DNA of 64,000 nt from Minisyncoccota bacterium (lineage in GTDB: Bacteria; Patescibacteriota; Minisyncoccia; Phycocordibacterales; UBA9973). Positions 26,870-36,607 of this stretch are shown piece after piece. Numbering within the stretch: position 1 is the stretch's first letter; the number at the start of each line of letters is the position of its first letter. The stretch lies in contig JBAZRK010000002.1 of assembly GCA_041663005.1 (NCBI GenBank), forward strand, positions 205,402-269,401, given 5' to 3'. Position numbers and translations under genes: made by a program. The notes under the pieces are model-generated. The model saw only the letters and a program-made list of their open reading frames with translations. It had not been told where the DNA came from and did not search any database.

Positions 26870-28233
26870 TGCAAAAAAAAGCAAAAATTACATTTCACGG
26901 GGGGACGGATACGGTAACCGGAGCAAATTTCCTCCTCGAGATTGATAACAAGAAAATTCTCATAGACTGTGGTTTAACGCAGGGGACGAAGGTCGCCGAC
27001 GATGTGAATTGGAGCCCCTTCGCATATGACCCCAAGAGCATAGATTTACTTTTTATCACCCACGGACACGTGGATCACTTGGGGCGTGTCCCTAAGCTTA
27101 TTTCGGAGGGTTTTCGCGGGGCAATATATTCTACAGAGCCGACGAAGGGCCTAGCGCTTCCTATGCTCGAAGATACGGCAGGGATTTTAAGTGGCAACAC
27201 TGATTTAAATTTAGATAAAATTTATACTGCAGAAAATGTGAAGTTAGCACTTTCGCTCTGGCACGGATTTAAATATCATGAAAAAATAAATATTACTCCG
27301 GATTTGGAAGTAACCTTCTTGAACGCCGGTCACATATTAGGCTCAGCGATGATTTTGTTTTCATATAACGGCAAGAAAATTCTTTTCACCGGAGATTTGG
27401 GCAATAATCCTTCGCCTCTTCTGCCGGATCCGGATGTAGTGACCGATATAGACTATTTAATTATGGAGTCAGTGTATGGCGACAGGAATCACGAATCTCG
27501 CGACACTCGCCGCAGCAAGCTGGCACAGGTGATTCAAGATAATGATAAAAGACGAGGAACCTTAATTATCCCTACTTTTTCACTTGAACGTTCACAAGAG
27601 TTGCTGTTTGAATTGGACGCGCTCTTGGAAGAAAACCGCATTCCGGTTATGCCTGTATTTTTTGATTCTCCGCTGGCGATTCGTTTGACTGATGTTTTCA
27701 AACAATACAAAGAATATCTAAATGAAAAGGCGCAGAAGGCAGTTTCGCCTGGTAAGTACTTATTTGATTTCCCGGGCCTGCACAACACCCTGAGGTCGGA
27801 AGAGTCCAAGCTCATAGTTGATACGCCTAATCCTAAAATAGTCATTGCGGGGAGCGGAATGTCCACTGGTGGGCGGGTGGTGCATCATGAGAGGCATTAT
27901 CTACCAGACGCGAACAATACGCTCTTACTAACCGGCTACCAAGCCGTAGGCACACCAGGGAGACTGATTGAGGAAGGACTCAAGAAAGTTCACATTACCG
28001 GGGAAGATGTGATTATCCGAGCGCACATAGAAAAAATTTCTGGTTATTCTGGGCACAAAGATAGCGATGGGCTCCTGAACTTCGTTGCGGATACGGCCGA
28101 CCAATTGAAAAAAGTTTTCGTGGTGATGGGGGAGCCGAAGTCCTCGATGTTCCTCGTGCAGAAACTACGAGACAATCTTGCGATAGAAGCCTATGCACCG
28201 GAGACAGGGAAGAGTGTGGAGCTTCCTTGCTAG
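26869..28233 (+). CDS. MBL-fold metallo-hydrolase, beta-CASP family ribonuclease (RNase J/CPSF-like)
   Basis: HGHVDHLG metallo-beta-lactamase motif with a beta-CASP-like C-terminal half; 454 aa. Confidence 0.6.
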   Translation: MQKKAKITFHGGTDTVTGANFLLEIDNKKILIDCGLTQGTKVADDVNWSPFAYDPKSIDLLFITHGHVDHLGRVPKLISEGFRGAIYSTEPTKGLALPMLEDTAGILSGNTDLNLDKIYTAENVKLALSLWHGFKYHEKINITPDLEVTFLNAGHILGSAMILFSYNGKKILFTGDLGNNPSPLLPDPDVVTDIDYLIMESVYGDRNHESRDTRRSKLAQVIQDNDKRRGTLIIPTFSLERSQELLFELDALLEENRIPVMPVFFDSPLAIRLTDVFKQYKEYLNEKAQKAVSPGKYLFDFPGLHNTLRSEESKLIVDTPNPKIVIAGSGMSTGGRVVHHERHYLPDANNTLLLTGYQAVGTPGRLIEEGLKKVHITGEDVIIRAHIEKISGYSGHKDSDGLLNFVADTADQLKKVFVVMGEPKSSMFLVQKLRDNLAIEAYAPETGKSVELPC

Positions 28234-28294
28234 GTCGGATTTTAAATTCAGACGAACCTGGATTTATTATTTTTAACTGTTACAATAGACGAGC

Positions 28295-28918
28295 ATGGCA
28301 ATCATAAAAAACTTTTCAGACAAACACGGCCACTCCCAAATAAAAATTTGTGTTTCAGGCGCCGCCGAAACTGGGCATTGTGGCATTGATGCCCTTGATA
28401 CCGCCAAGGAGCTTGGCAGAGAGATAGCTCGACAGGGAGCCATAATAGTTACCGGAGCCACTACTGGATTCCCACTGTGGTCGGCTATGGGGGCCAAAGA
28501 AGAAGGAGGAATTTCAATCGGCATTTCGCCCGCAGCCTCAGAGCGCGAGCACGTGGAATCCTATAAGTTACCGGTTGATTATATGGATATGATTATTTAT
28601 ACCGGCTTTGGCTACCCAGGGAGAGATATTTTATTAACGCGTTCTGCCGACGCAGTTATTTGCGGCTGCGGACGGGTAGGAACCATTCACGAGTTCACGG
28701 TGGCCTTCGAAGATGGCAAGCCTATCGGTATTTTAGAAGGGGATTGGGAAACCGACAAAGAGATAAAAAGTATTATAGACAATGGTCACCGCCCCAATGC
28801 AAAAATAGTTTTTAGCGACGACCCGAAAAAACTAATTGAAGAAGTTATTGCTCTGGTGAAGAAAGATAAGATTGCAGAGTACAAAATAGTACCGCCGTTA
28901 GGAACAGATACACAATAA
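28295..28918 (+). CDS. LOG/TIGR00725-family Rossmann-fold nucleotide-binding protein
   Basis: IIVTGATTGFPLWSAMGA…GGISIGISP…ICGCGRVGTIHEF pattern typical of the TIGR00725/LOG family. Confidence 0.45.
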   Translation: MAIIKNFSDKHGHSQIKICVSGAAETGHCGIDALDTAKELGREIARQGAIIVTGATTGFPLWSAMGAKEEGGISIGISPAASEREHVESYKLPVDYMDMIIYTGFGYPGRDILLTRSADAVICGCGRVGTIHEFTVAFEDGKPIGILEGDWETDKEIKSIIDNGHRPNAKIVFSDDPKKLIEEVIALVKKDKIAEYKIVPPLGTDTQ

Positions 28919-28947
28919 AAAAACCCCGCCGAAGCGGGGTTTTTTTA
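28919..28947. terminator. bidirectional rho-independent terminator
   Basis: AAAAAACCCCGCCGAAGCGGGGTTTTTTT lies between the convergent 28295..28918 gene and rplT. Confidence 0.8.
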
Positions 28948-28959
28948 TTGGGAATTTAT

Positions 28960-29304
28960 TTATTTAACTTCCTGCAAGATTCTTTCAAATGTTTTCGGAT
29001 GGAATTCTGCAAACAAAGAAAGAATTTTTCGGTCAAGCATTATGTTTTTCTTCTTTAGGGCACCGATGAGCTTGGAGTACGAAATTCCTTGTTCACGAGC
29101 TCCGGCGTTAATCTTTATATTCCACAGTTTGCGATTGTGGGACTTCTTGTCCTTGCGGTGAGCAAACGAATAGTTACCGGCGTGCAAAAGCGCGTCCTTT
29201 GCTTGACGTTCCTTAGTGCTGCGACCATGTCGCATACCTTTGGTCTGCTTTAATACGCTCCTTCTCCTTTTTAATGCATGTACTCCTTTCTTTACTCTTG
29301 TCAT
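28960..29304 (-). CDS. rplT: 50S ribosomal protein L20
   Basis: MTRVKKGVHALKRRRSVLKQTKG is the canonical L20 start. Confidence 0.9.
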   Translation of the reverse strand: MTRVKKGVHALKRRRSVLKQTKGMRHGRSTKERQAKDALLHAGNYSFAHRKDKKSHNRKLWNIKINAGAREQGISYSKLIGALKKKNIMLDRKILSLFAEFHPKTFERILQEVK

Positions 29305-29309
29305 TGGTT

Positions 29310-29504
29310 TTAGCTAAATGGTAATAAGTGGCTTTTCGGCTTGTTCTTGATAACGAAGTTTACTCCGCTTTTACCTGCAAGCTGCTTGCTGCGGGATTGT
29401 TTGGCATTGAAATGGTTGAAGCCGGCCTTGCGAGAAAGAACCTTCCCGTTTTTGGTAAGCTTTAATCTTTTGCTGTATGATTTATTTGTCTTCATTCCTT
29501 TCAT
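29310..29504 (-). CDS. rpmI: 50S ribosomal protein L35
   Basis: 64 aa, K-rich; lies between infC and rplT. Confidence 0.85.
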   Translation of the reverse strand: MKGMKTNKSYSKRLKLTKNGKVLSRKAGFNHFNAKQSRSKQLAGKSGVNFVIKNKPKSHLLPFS

Positions 29505-29505
29505 A

Positions 29506-30009
29506 TTATTTTTTCTCTATGGTTACTGTTAAGCCTTTTGGACCTCTCTTATATGAGTCCGAAATTTTATAATCCTCAGTAATCAAATGTAGTACCCGGT
29601 CTAACCTTTCTCTTAGGAATTTCTCCTCCATATACTTAGCGCGACCCGAGAGGAAAAGCTCTACCTTGATTCTGTGTCCTTCCTTAATCCAACCTGAAGC
29701 GGTCTTCGCTTTAAGCCCTAAGTCATGGTCGCCGGTGCCTATTTTGATTTGAATGGACTTGGTCTCGGTGCGGTTCGCTCCCGCCTTCGCCTTCTTTAAC
29801 TTTTTATTGGCGTCGTATTGATACTTGCCGAAATCCATTATCTTTGCGACCGGGGGATTGCTTGTGGGGCCTATCTCGATAAGGTCCAGACCTTTGGCCA
29901 TGGCCAACTCTAGGGCATCCTTTATGCTCAAAATTCCGAGATTTTTATTTTCACTGTCCAAAACCCGAAGCTCTTTCGCCCGTATTTGATTGTTTATTCT
30001 TTCTCGCAA
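29506..30009 (-). CDS. infC: translation initiation factor IF-3
   Basis: INNQIRAKELRVLDSENKNLGI… covers the IF3 N- and C-domains. Confidence 0.85.
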   Translation of the reverse strand: MRERINNQIRAKELRVLDSENKNLGILSIKDALELAMAKGLDLIEIGPTSNPPVAKIMDFGKYQYDANKKLKKAKAGANRTETKSIQIKIGTGDHDLGLKAKTASGWIKEGHRIKVELFLSGRAKYMEEKFLRERLDRVLHLITEDYKISDSYKRGPKGLTVTIEKK

Positions 30010-30062
30010 TTGATATTAGATACCATCCAAGTAAAATGGAAGACTTCGAAATAATAGCGTAT

Positions 30063-30093
30063 TTGACACTAAAAGTCAAACTAGTGGTATAAT
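30063..30093 (+). promoter_or_regulatory. promoter with extended -10 (TGGTATAAT at 30085-30093); the ATG at 30100 implies a leaderless transcript
   Basis: TTGACA at 30063-30068, TGGTATAAT at 30085-30093, ATG 7 nt downstream. Confidence 0.45.
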
Positions 30094-30099
30094 TTAAGC

Positions 30100-30429
30100 A
30101 TGGAAGGAAAAGACGGACATATTCTTTCATTCCACGCCCATAAACACCCTGCTCCAGACCACGATGAGGCAGAGCGCAATTTCGACAATAAGGAAAAAGA
30201 AATAAAAGAAAGGATTGCTATGCTTTTAAGATGGAAAAGTAGCGATGACCCTGATCTGGGAGAATCTGAGCGTGAGGAGTACAAATACCAAGTCGAGAAT
30301 TTCCGAAAGCTTTCTCAAGGGGTAGCCGTAGAGGCTGAAATTAAAGAAAGATACGCTGGGTGGACAAAGGGCGACTTTGTGCGGATTTTGCGTGAAATAG
30401 GAGAAGAGTTTCCTAGAACATTCGAATAA
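30100..30429 (+). CDS. hypothetical small acidic protein
   Basis: ORF preceded by a strong promoter; no recognisable family. Confidence 0.4.
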   Translation: MEGKDGHILSFHAHKHPAPDHDEAERNFDNKEKEIKERIAMLLRWKSSDDPDLGESEREEYKYQVENFRKLSQGVAVEAEIKERYAGWTKGDFVRILREIGEEFPRTFE

Positions 30430-30485
30430 GACAGTCTACAAGAGTTGTTGGATGTTTTTGGCATACAAAATGCTAGTATATAAAA

Positions 30486-30935
30486 ATGGCTGCTTATGCT
30501 GAAAACAGAAAAGCGCGCTTTAATTACGAAATCCTCGAAAAATACGAGGGAGGTATTGAGCTTTTGGGTACAGAAGTAAAGTCCGTGCGCAACGGACAGA
30601 TGTCTCTTGAGGGCGCCTTCGTCGTGGTGCGAGGCGGGGAAGCATTCCTCATAAATGCCAACATCCCTCCATATCAAGCCAAAAACGCGGGAGAAGGATA
30701 CGACCCACTACGTAACAGGCGAATCTTGTTGACGAAGAAAGAGATTAAAGAACTCTCAGGGAACGAGAAGAATAAGAGTTTGACAATAGCGCCTATTTCA
30801 GTGTATAATAAAGGAAGAAAAATCAAGGTAGAGATTGCTTTGGTGAAGGGAAAGAAAAAAACAGATAAAAGGCAGACTATTCAAAAAAGAGAAACTGATC
30901 GCGAGGTCAGGAGAGAGTACAAAAGAGGTTCGTAA
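30486..30935 (+). CDS. smpB: SsrA-binding protein SmpB
   Basis: NRKARFNYEILEKYEGGIELLGTEVKSVRNG is the SmpB signature. Confidence 0.85.
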   Translation: MAAYAENRKARFNYEILEKYEGGIELLGTEVKSVRNGQMSLEGAFVVVRGGEAFLINANIPPYQAKNAGEGYDPLRNRRILLTKKEIKELSGNEKNKSLTIAPISVYNKGRKIKVEIALVKGKKKTDKRQTIQKRETDREVRREYKRGS

Positions 30936-30956
30936 GAACATTGATAAGAAAATATG

Positions 30957-31354
30957 GGGATGCAAGGCATAGACAGTTGGCTCATTGTCATCGATGCATG
31001 TCGAGAATGAACGTAATCTCGTGAAAATTCGTTCAATAGCTTAATTGCAAAATTAGCTTCCAAAACTAAAGCTGTTGTTTCTTCATACTTTAGTATGAAG
31101 GACTTTGTTTTAGTTCCAGCTTTCGCGTAAGCCAAGGTTGGCGTCTCTCTTATAGACTTCCGATATATAAGCTGAGGTGTAATATTATCGGGATAGGGGA
31201 AAGAATGTCTCGGTTTTCTCCCGAAACAAAGAGACTCGGTTAAAAAATATTTGGCACGCTTCATAATTTTTTAATCTAAACCAAAAAGCGCGATAAACAT
31301 GTAGACTTCCTTACAAAAACCTTCTGCACGGGGATTCGATTTCCCCCATCTCCA
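30957..31354 (+). ncRNA. ssrA: tmRNA (ssrA), tRNA-Ala-like ends, candidate 27-aa tag reading frame
   Basis: The 5' GGGGAUG (30957-30963) pairs with the 3' CAUCUCC (31347-31353), including the G3·U70 wobble that is the alanine identity element. Discriminator A at 31354. T-arm GGGGA-UUCGAUU-UCCCC at 31330-31346. An AAUAGC element sits before a GCA resume codon at 31047, and the frame runs to UAA at 31128-31130 encoding AKLASKTKAVVSSYFSMKDFVLVPAFA. Lies immediately downstream of smpB. Confidence 0.55.
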
Positions 31355-31396
31355 CACATTTTAATTTTAAAACATGAGCTTAACCTTTCATGGATT

Positions 31397-33340
31397 TTGT
31401 GCTACCATAGTCACATGGATTTTAATTTTCTAAATCAAAAAGAAGAGCCAGGAAAGAAGAAAAGAGCACCCAAACAAACGAAATTTGCCGGGAACATTTT
31501 AGGGGCGATTATTTTCTTTATGCTCATTACGGCGCTCTATTTAGTAGTTTCGGGTGGAGACAAACCTAAACCCGAGGTTGCCATCTCTGAATTGGCGCAG
31601 GGGGTAGTCTCTGGGGAAGTAACTAGTATTTTAGTTGAGGGAGATAAGCTTACTGTTACCTACAAGGATGGCGCAGTAAAAACTTCAAAAAAAGAATCAG
31701 ACGCATCGCTTTCACAAACATTAGCTAACTATGGCGTCACCAGCGAGGCGCTCGGAGCGACCGAGATACAAATAAAGAGTGAGAGTGGATTTATGTTTTG
31801 GTTTGTTAATATTTTGCCGTTTCTCCTGCCGGTAGTTTTCATTCTGCTTTTCTTTTGGTACTTGTCTCGACAGGTGAAAGGGGCTGGGATGCAAGCATTT
31901 ACCTTCGGACAATCCAAGGCTCGCATTACCGATCCGAACGACAAGAACAACAGAGTTACATTCAAAGACGTTGCCGGTTGCAAAGAAGCCAAAGAAGAGC
32001 TGAAAGAAATTGTAGATTTCTTAAAAAGTCCGAAAAAGTTTTTAGACATTGGCGCCCGGATTCCAAAAGGCGTTATGCTTACAGGTTCTCCTGGAACAGG
32101 GAAGACCTTGCTAGCCAGGGCCGTAGCCGGGGAAGCTTCTGTGCCGTTTTTTCATTTGTCTGGTAGTGAATTCGTAGAGATGTTCGTGGGGGTTGGAGCG
32201 TCTCGGGTGAGGGATTTGTTTAAAATGGCCAAGCGTGCAGCTCCAGCAATAATTTTCGTAGATGAAATAGATGCTATTGGACGTACTCGAGGAGGAGGTT
32301 TCGGTGGAGGCAATGACGAGCGTGAACAAACATTAAACCAGATATTGGTGGAGATGGATGGTTTTGAGCCGAACGATAAAGTCATAGTTATGGCAGCAAC
32401 CAACAGACCCGATGTGCTCGATCCAGCTCTCATTCGCCCGGGACGTTTTGATAGAAAAGTAATGCTTGATCTTCCTGATCGGGCGGATCGTGAAGAAATA
32501 TTAAAAATTCATGCAGTAAAGAAACCTCTCGCTGAAGATATAAATCTCAAACTAATTGCTGAGCGTACACCAGGATTTTCTGGCGCAGATTTATATTCAT
32601 TAATGAACGAAGGCGCGATTCTCGCCGCGCGAGAAAACAGGAAAAAAGTTTTCCAATTTGATTTAATCCGCGCCATTGAGAAAGTCATGCTCGGGCCCGA
32701 GAGAAAGAGCCACTTGCTTTCTAAGAAAGAAAAAGAAATTACCGCGTATCACGAAGCAGGGCATGCGATAGTTGCGTCAGTTCTTCCGCATGCAGATCCG
32801 GTGCACAAAGTTTCTATTATCTCCCGAGGCAATGCCGGCGGGTATACTCTGAAACTTCCACTCGAAGAAAAAAGATTACAATCCAAAAAAGAATTCATTG
32901 ATGACATTGCTATGTCTCTCGGTGGATATGTCGCTGAGCAGATGATGTTCGGGGATATTACTACAGGCCCCTCAAGTGATTTACAAGTAGCCACAAATAT
33001 CGCCCGAGCCATGGTGACCCGATGGGGGATGTCCGAGCTCATCGGTCCGATAGCATTGACCGAATCTCCCGGGCGCGTGCAATACGGTGAAATTCCAGAA
33101 AAAGAATTTTCAGAAAATGTAGCCACAAAGGTGGACGGTGAAGTATCGCGCATAATAAATGACGGAATGAAGTCTGCGGAGAAGGTTATTACGGAAAACA
33201 AGAAGGCCTTTACTGCCATTGCCGAGAAATTGATTGAAGTAGAAACGATAGAGCAAGAAGAATATGAAAAAATTCTCGTAGCGCACGGAATATTGTTAAA
33301 AAAGAAAGACATCGTCGCTCCTGTCGAGGGGATTAAATAA
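31397..33340 (+). CDS. ftsH: ATP-dependent zinc metalloprotease FtsH
   Basis: AAA Walker [20 protein letters not shown] zinc motif, N-terminal TM helices. The start may be the ATG at 31412. Confidence 0.9.
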   Translation: MCYHSHMDFNFLNQKEEPGKKKRAPKQTKFAGNILGAIIFFMLITALYLVVSGGDKPKPEVAISELAQGVVSGEVTSILVEGDKLTVTYKDGAVKTSKKESDASLSQTLANYGVTSEALGATEIQIKSESGFMFWFVNILPFLLPVVFILLFFWYLSRQVKGAGMQAFTFGQSKARITDPNDKNNRVTFKDVAGCKEAKEELKEIVDFLKSPKKFLDIGARIPKGVMLTGSPGTGKTLLARAVAGEASVPFFHLSGSEFVEMFVGVGASRVRDLFKMAKRAAPAIIFVDEIDAIGRTRGGGFGGGNDEREQTLNQILVEMDGFEPNDKVIVMAATNRPDVLDPALIRPGRFDRKVMLDLPDRADREEILKIHAVKKPLAEDINLKLIAERTPGFSGADLYSLMNEGAILAARENRKKVFQFDLIRAIEKVMLGPERKSHLLSKKEKEITAYHEAGHAIVASVLPHADPVHKVSIISRGNAGGYTLKLPLEEKRLQSKKEFIDDIAMSLGGYVAEQMMFGDITTGPSSDLQVATNIARAMVTRWGMSELIGPIALTESPGRVQYGEIPEKEFSENVATKVDGEVSRIINDGMKSAEKVITENKKAFTAIAEKLIEVETIEQEEYEKILVAHGILLKKKDIVAPVEGIK

Positions 33341-33388
33341 TTTTTTCCGGTTGTTTTTGACCTGGAAATGGTATATTCTACCCTTAAC

Positions 33389-33462
33389 CCGTCCTTAGCT
33401 CAGTTGGTTAGAGCACAGAGCTTATACCTCTGGGGTCCTTGGTTCGAATCCAAGAGGACGGA
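33389..33462 (+). tRNA. tRNA-Ile with anticodon UAU (manual fold)
   Basis: Acceptor CCGTCCT/AGGACGG, D-arm GCTC-AGTTGGTTA-GAGC, anticodon stem CAGAG/CTCTG with loop CTTATAC (anticodon TAT), T-arm CTTGG-TTCGAAT-CCAAG, discriminator A; CCA not encoded. Confidence 0.6.
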
Positions 33463-33626
33463 CACTAAAAATCTAAAAAATTTACCTCGTACGGGCTTGT
33501 AGTTGCTCGATTTTACAGAGTGTCTCTTGTTTTATTTTTTCTCCTGTTTTCTTTTGCAAAGTTTTCCAAAAAACAGTGGTTTTCCACTTTACATTGAGGG
33601 GCTAACTGCGTGATAATGATAGTCCA

Positions 33627-34175
33627 ATGATCGACAAGATAAACAAGACAGGTAAATTTTTTCTCCTAGCAATCTTCTGTACTATAGTGCGACTCTTGCC
33701 TTTCCGAGCGCCTAATGTAGAGCCAATTTTAGCCTCAGTGATGCCCTTAAGTGGAGTGTATGGAGCGCTAGCGGGGTTTTCTTTTGGAACATTTAGCGTG
33801 CTGCTCTACGATATTATTACCGGAACCTTCGGAGTGCATACATTTTTCACCGCAGGAGCATATGGAGTGCTTGGAATCTTGGCGGCGAGCTATTTCGAGC
33901 ACAAGGAAGCCAATATTTCAAACTACGTACGTTTTTCAATAATCGGAACTCTGTTTTTCGACGTTATTACCGGGTTGGTAGTTGGTCCAGCATTCTTTCA
34001 CCAGCCTTTTCTTGCCGCGCTTTCCGGACAAATACCTTTCACTCTATTTCATCTCGTAGGCAACGTTGCCTTTGCAGTTACTTTAAGCCCAGTTATTCAT
34101 CATCTTCTAATTAAAAAGAGAAAGCCCAGTTCGGCCGCCGCTCTTATCGACACATTTAATCCTAAAGTAATTTAA
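33627..34175 (+). CDS. small polytopic membrane protein, ECF-transporter S-component-like (substrate unknown; possibly vitamin/cobalamin uptake)
   Basis: 182 aa with 5-6 TM helices; lies directly upstream of class II RNR and a PduO adenosyltransferase. Confidence 0.3.
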   Translation: MIDKINKTGKFFLLAIFCTIVRLLPFRAPNVEPILASVMPLSGVYGALAGFSFGTFSVLLYDIITGTFGVHTFFTAGAYGVLGILAASYFEHKEANISNYVRFSIIGTLFFDVITGLVVGPAFFHQPFLAALSGQIPFTLFHLVGNVAFAVTLSPVIHHLLIKKRKPSSAAALIDTFNPKVI

Positions 34176-34181
34176 AAATCC

Positions 34182-36476
34182 ATGAAACCAACAGAAAAAA
34201 TTTCAAAAAGCGACTTAGCAAAAATAAAAACAATTCGACGCCGCAGCGGCGAGGTGGTGCCCTTCGACCTCGAGAGGGTTGCTACTGCCGTTTTCAAGGC
34301 CTTTGAAGTTACCGGGGAGGGTGGACAGCAAGCTTCGGAGAAAATTGCCAACAACGTTTTCAAAAATTTATTGAAATTGCACGATGACCTGGTAAAGGAA
34401 AACAAAAGTGCAAAATTTTTACCTACAGTGGAGTTGGTGCAAGATTTTGTTGAAAAAGAATTGATGAATGACGGATTCACCGACACCGCCAAGAAATATA
34501 TTTTATACAGAAACAAACGTTCCGAACTTCGTGCCACTTTCGGACCTGTTTCCGAAGAAGTTCGAAAGGCTGTCGAAGAATCTAGCAAATATTTTTCTAG
34601 CGCTTACTCTGAATATATTTTCTACCAATTTTATTCGCGTTGGGTTCCTGAGCTCGGCCGACGAGAAACATGGGTAGAGACTATCGACAGATATATGGCG
34701 TACATGAAAGAGAACCTCGGCAACAAGCTTACCGGGAAGGATTACGAAGACTTGCGCCAAGGCATCCTAAATCAAGACGTATGTCCTTCTATGAGGCTTC
34801 TTTGGTCCTCTGGCAAGGCCTGCCGACAGTCTAATGTATGGGCCTATAACTGCTCATACATTGCCCCTACCTGCACCCAGGACCTGGGAGAAATAATGTA
34901 TATATCTATGTGCGGAGCGGGTCTAGGCTTTGCCGTGGAATGGGAAAATGTTCAGCAATTTCCTCAGATAAAGAAGCAGACGGGAGGCAAACCTCTTACT
35001 CACGTAGTAGTAGACAGTAAGGAAGGCTGGGCGGACGCATTTGTGATGGGTCTCGACGCTTGGTTCGGAGGTAAAGACATAAAATTTGATTACTCACAAA
35101 TCAGGCCAGCCGGTGCGCGCCTTGAAACAGCCGGAGGTAAAGCTTCGGGGCCGCAGCCACTGATGGACCTTATGGAATTCGCTAAGAGGAAAATTTTAGC
35201 AAAACAAGGACGCCGACTCTCGAACATCGATATGCATGACGTCATCTGCCAAATCGGAATGATTGTCGTGGCTGGAGGAGTACGCCGCAGCGCCCTCATC
35301 TCTCTGTCAGAGTTAGAAGACACCGAAATGCGAGACGCAAAAAAGGGACAATTTTATTTGACTGAAGAACAACGCTCGATGGCTAACAACTCCGCTGTTT
35401 ACAATGCCAAGCCTTCAGCTGAAGAATTCTTGGATGAATGGACAGCGCTAGTGAAATCGAAATCTGGTGAACGAGGAATTTTCAACCGTGCCGGATTAGA
35501 AAAACAAGTTCCAGCTCGCAGGTGGGAAGCAATCAAAGACGAAAGACAAATGGGATTAAATCCATGCGGAGAAATTTATCTTCGCTCAAAACAATTCTGC
35601 AACCTTACTTCTATAGTTGTGCGTCCCAAGGATACAGTAGAGACGCTAAAAAGAAAAATGGAACTGGCTACAATCTTGGGAACGTATCAGTCTACGCTTA
35701 CCAACTTCGGATACCTGTCCAAGAAGTGGAAAGAAAATTGTGAAGAGGAAAGATTACTCGGAGTTTCTCTCACTGGCTACTACGACAACCCAGTCATAAG
35801 AAATGATAAAGTTCTCGACACACTTAAGGCTGTGGGCGTAGAAGTAAACAAGAAGTACGCCAAGAAGCTCGGCATCAATGCTTCCACTGCTATCACCTGC
35901 GTTAAACCTCACGGAAATTCCGGACAGCTCTTGGGTGTAGGAAGCGGAATGCATCCATGGTTCGCTCCTTACTTCATCCGCCGAGTACGAATTTCTCACA
36001 CCGACACATTGCTCAAGATGGCTCGAGACCAGGGAGTGCCTTGCGTACCTGAAGTAGGACAAGCAGAAGCTACAGCTACAACCTTCGTCCTTGAATTCCC
36101 TGTAAAGGCGCCGGCCGGAGCAATCTTTAAAGATGAAGTGAAGGCTCTCGACTTAATGAAAGAATGGAAGAGACTCAAGGAGCATTTCGTAGAGCACAAC
36201 CCTTCAGCAACTATCTACGTGGGCCCCGATGAGTGGATTGCGGTAGGCAACTTTGTCTACGAGAACTGGGACTGGATAGGAGGGCTATCTTTCTTGCCTC
36301 GCTCAGAACACGTGTACCAGCTTGCTCCATATGAAGCTATAACTAAAGAAGAATACGAAAAGAGAACCAAGGCTATCGGTAAAATCGATTTCTCCAAGCT
36401 TTCTCAATACGAAGCTGTAGACAATACCACCGGAGCCAAAGAATTCGCTTGTGTGTCTGGCGTCTGCGAAATATAG
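34182..36476 (+). CDS. nrdJ: adenosylcobalamin-dependent (class II) ribonucleotide reductase with an N-terminal ATP-cone
   Basis: ATP-cone (KIKTIRRRSGEVVPFDLERV…), active-site NPCGEIYL motif, C-terminal CVSGVCEI; no nrdB-like partner nearby. Confidence 0.65.
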   Translation: MKPTEKISKSDLAKIKTIRRRSGEVVPFDLERVATAVFKAFEVTGEGGQQASEKIANNVFKNLLKLHDDLVKENKSAKFLPTVELVQDFVEKELMNDGFTDTAKKYILYRNKRSELRATFGPVSEEVRKAVEESSKYFSSAYSEYIFYQFYSRWVPELGRRETWVETIDRYMAYMKENLGNKLTGKDYEDLRQGILNQDVCPSMRLLWSSGKACRQSNVWAYNCSYIAPTCTQDLGEIMYISMCGAGLGFAVEWENVQQFPQIKKQTGGKPLTHVVVDSKEGWADAFVMGLDAWFGGKDIKFDYSQIRPAGARLETAGGKASGPQPLMDLMEFAKRKILAKQGRRLSNIDMHDVICQIGMIVVAGGVRRSALISLSELEDTEMRDAKKGQFYLTEEQRSMANNSAVYNAKPSAEEFLDEWTALVKSKSGERGIFNRAGLEKQVPARRWEAIKDERQMGLNPCGEIYLRSKQFCNLTSIVVRPKDTVETLKRKMELATILGTYQSTLTNFGYLSKKWKENCEEERLLGVSLTGYYDNPVIRNDKVLDTLKAVGVEVNKKYAKKLGINASTAITCVKPHGNSGQLLGVGSGMHPWFAPYFIRRVRISHTDTLLKMARDQGVPCVPEVGQAEATATTFVLEFPVKAPAGAIFKDEVKALDLMKEWKRLKEHFVEHNPSATIYVGPDEWIAVGNFVYENWDWIGGLSFLPRSEHVYQLAPYEAITKEEYEKRTKAIGKIDFSKLSQYEAVDNTTGAKEFACVSGVCEI

Positions 36477-36508
36477 CTCTAGCTCTAAAATAGGAGTAAA
36501 ATAAAAGT

Positions 36509-36607
36509 ATGCTCTACACAAGAAAAGGGGACGGCGGCACCACCAAGACTTTTGGTTGCAATAGTATTAGAATATATACATGTCATTTTTATTGCAGGTT
36601 GCGATAA
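36509..36607 (+). pseudogene. 5' fragment of a pduO-type adenosyltransferase gene (17 codons), duplicate of the 38024 gene start
   Basis: 36509-36562 is 47/54 nt identical to 38024-38077 and encodes MLYTRKGDGGTTKTFGC (identical for 17 aa); the frame then runs into unrelated AT-rich sequence. Confidence 0.55.

Noticed and set aside
30881-31264. 127-aa minus-strand ORF between smpB and ftsH
   Set aside because: It overlaps the smpB 3' end and almost the entire region that folds as tmRNA. It has no start context or homology, so it is most likely spurious.
33463-33626. Possible cobalamin riboswitch upstream of the S-component-like gene and nrdJ
   Set aside because: The spacer is only about 160 nt and no B12 box (GCCACTG in the correct orientation) is present. 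There is only a short CAGTGG/CCACT hairpin.
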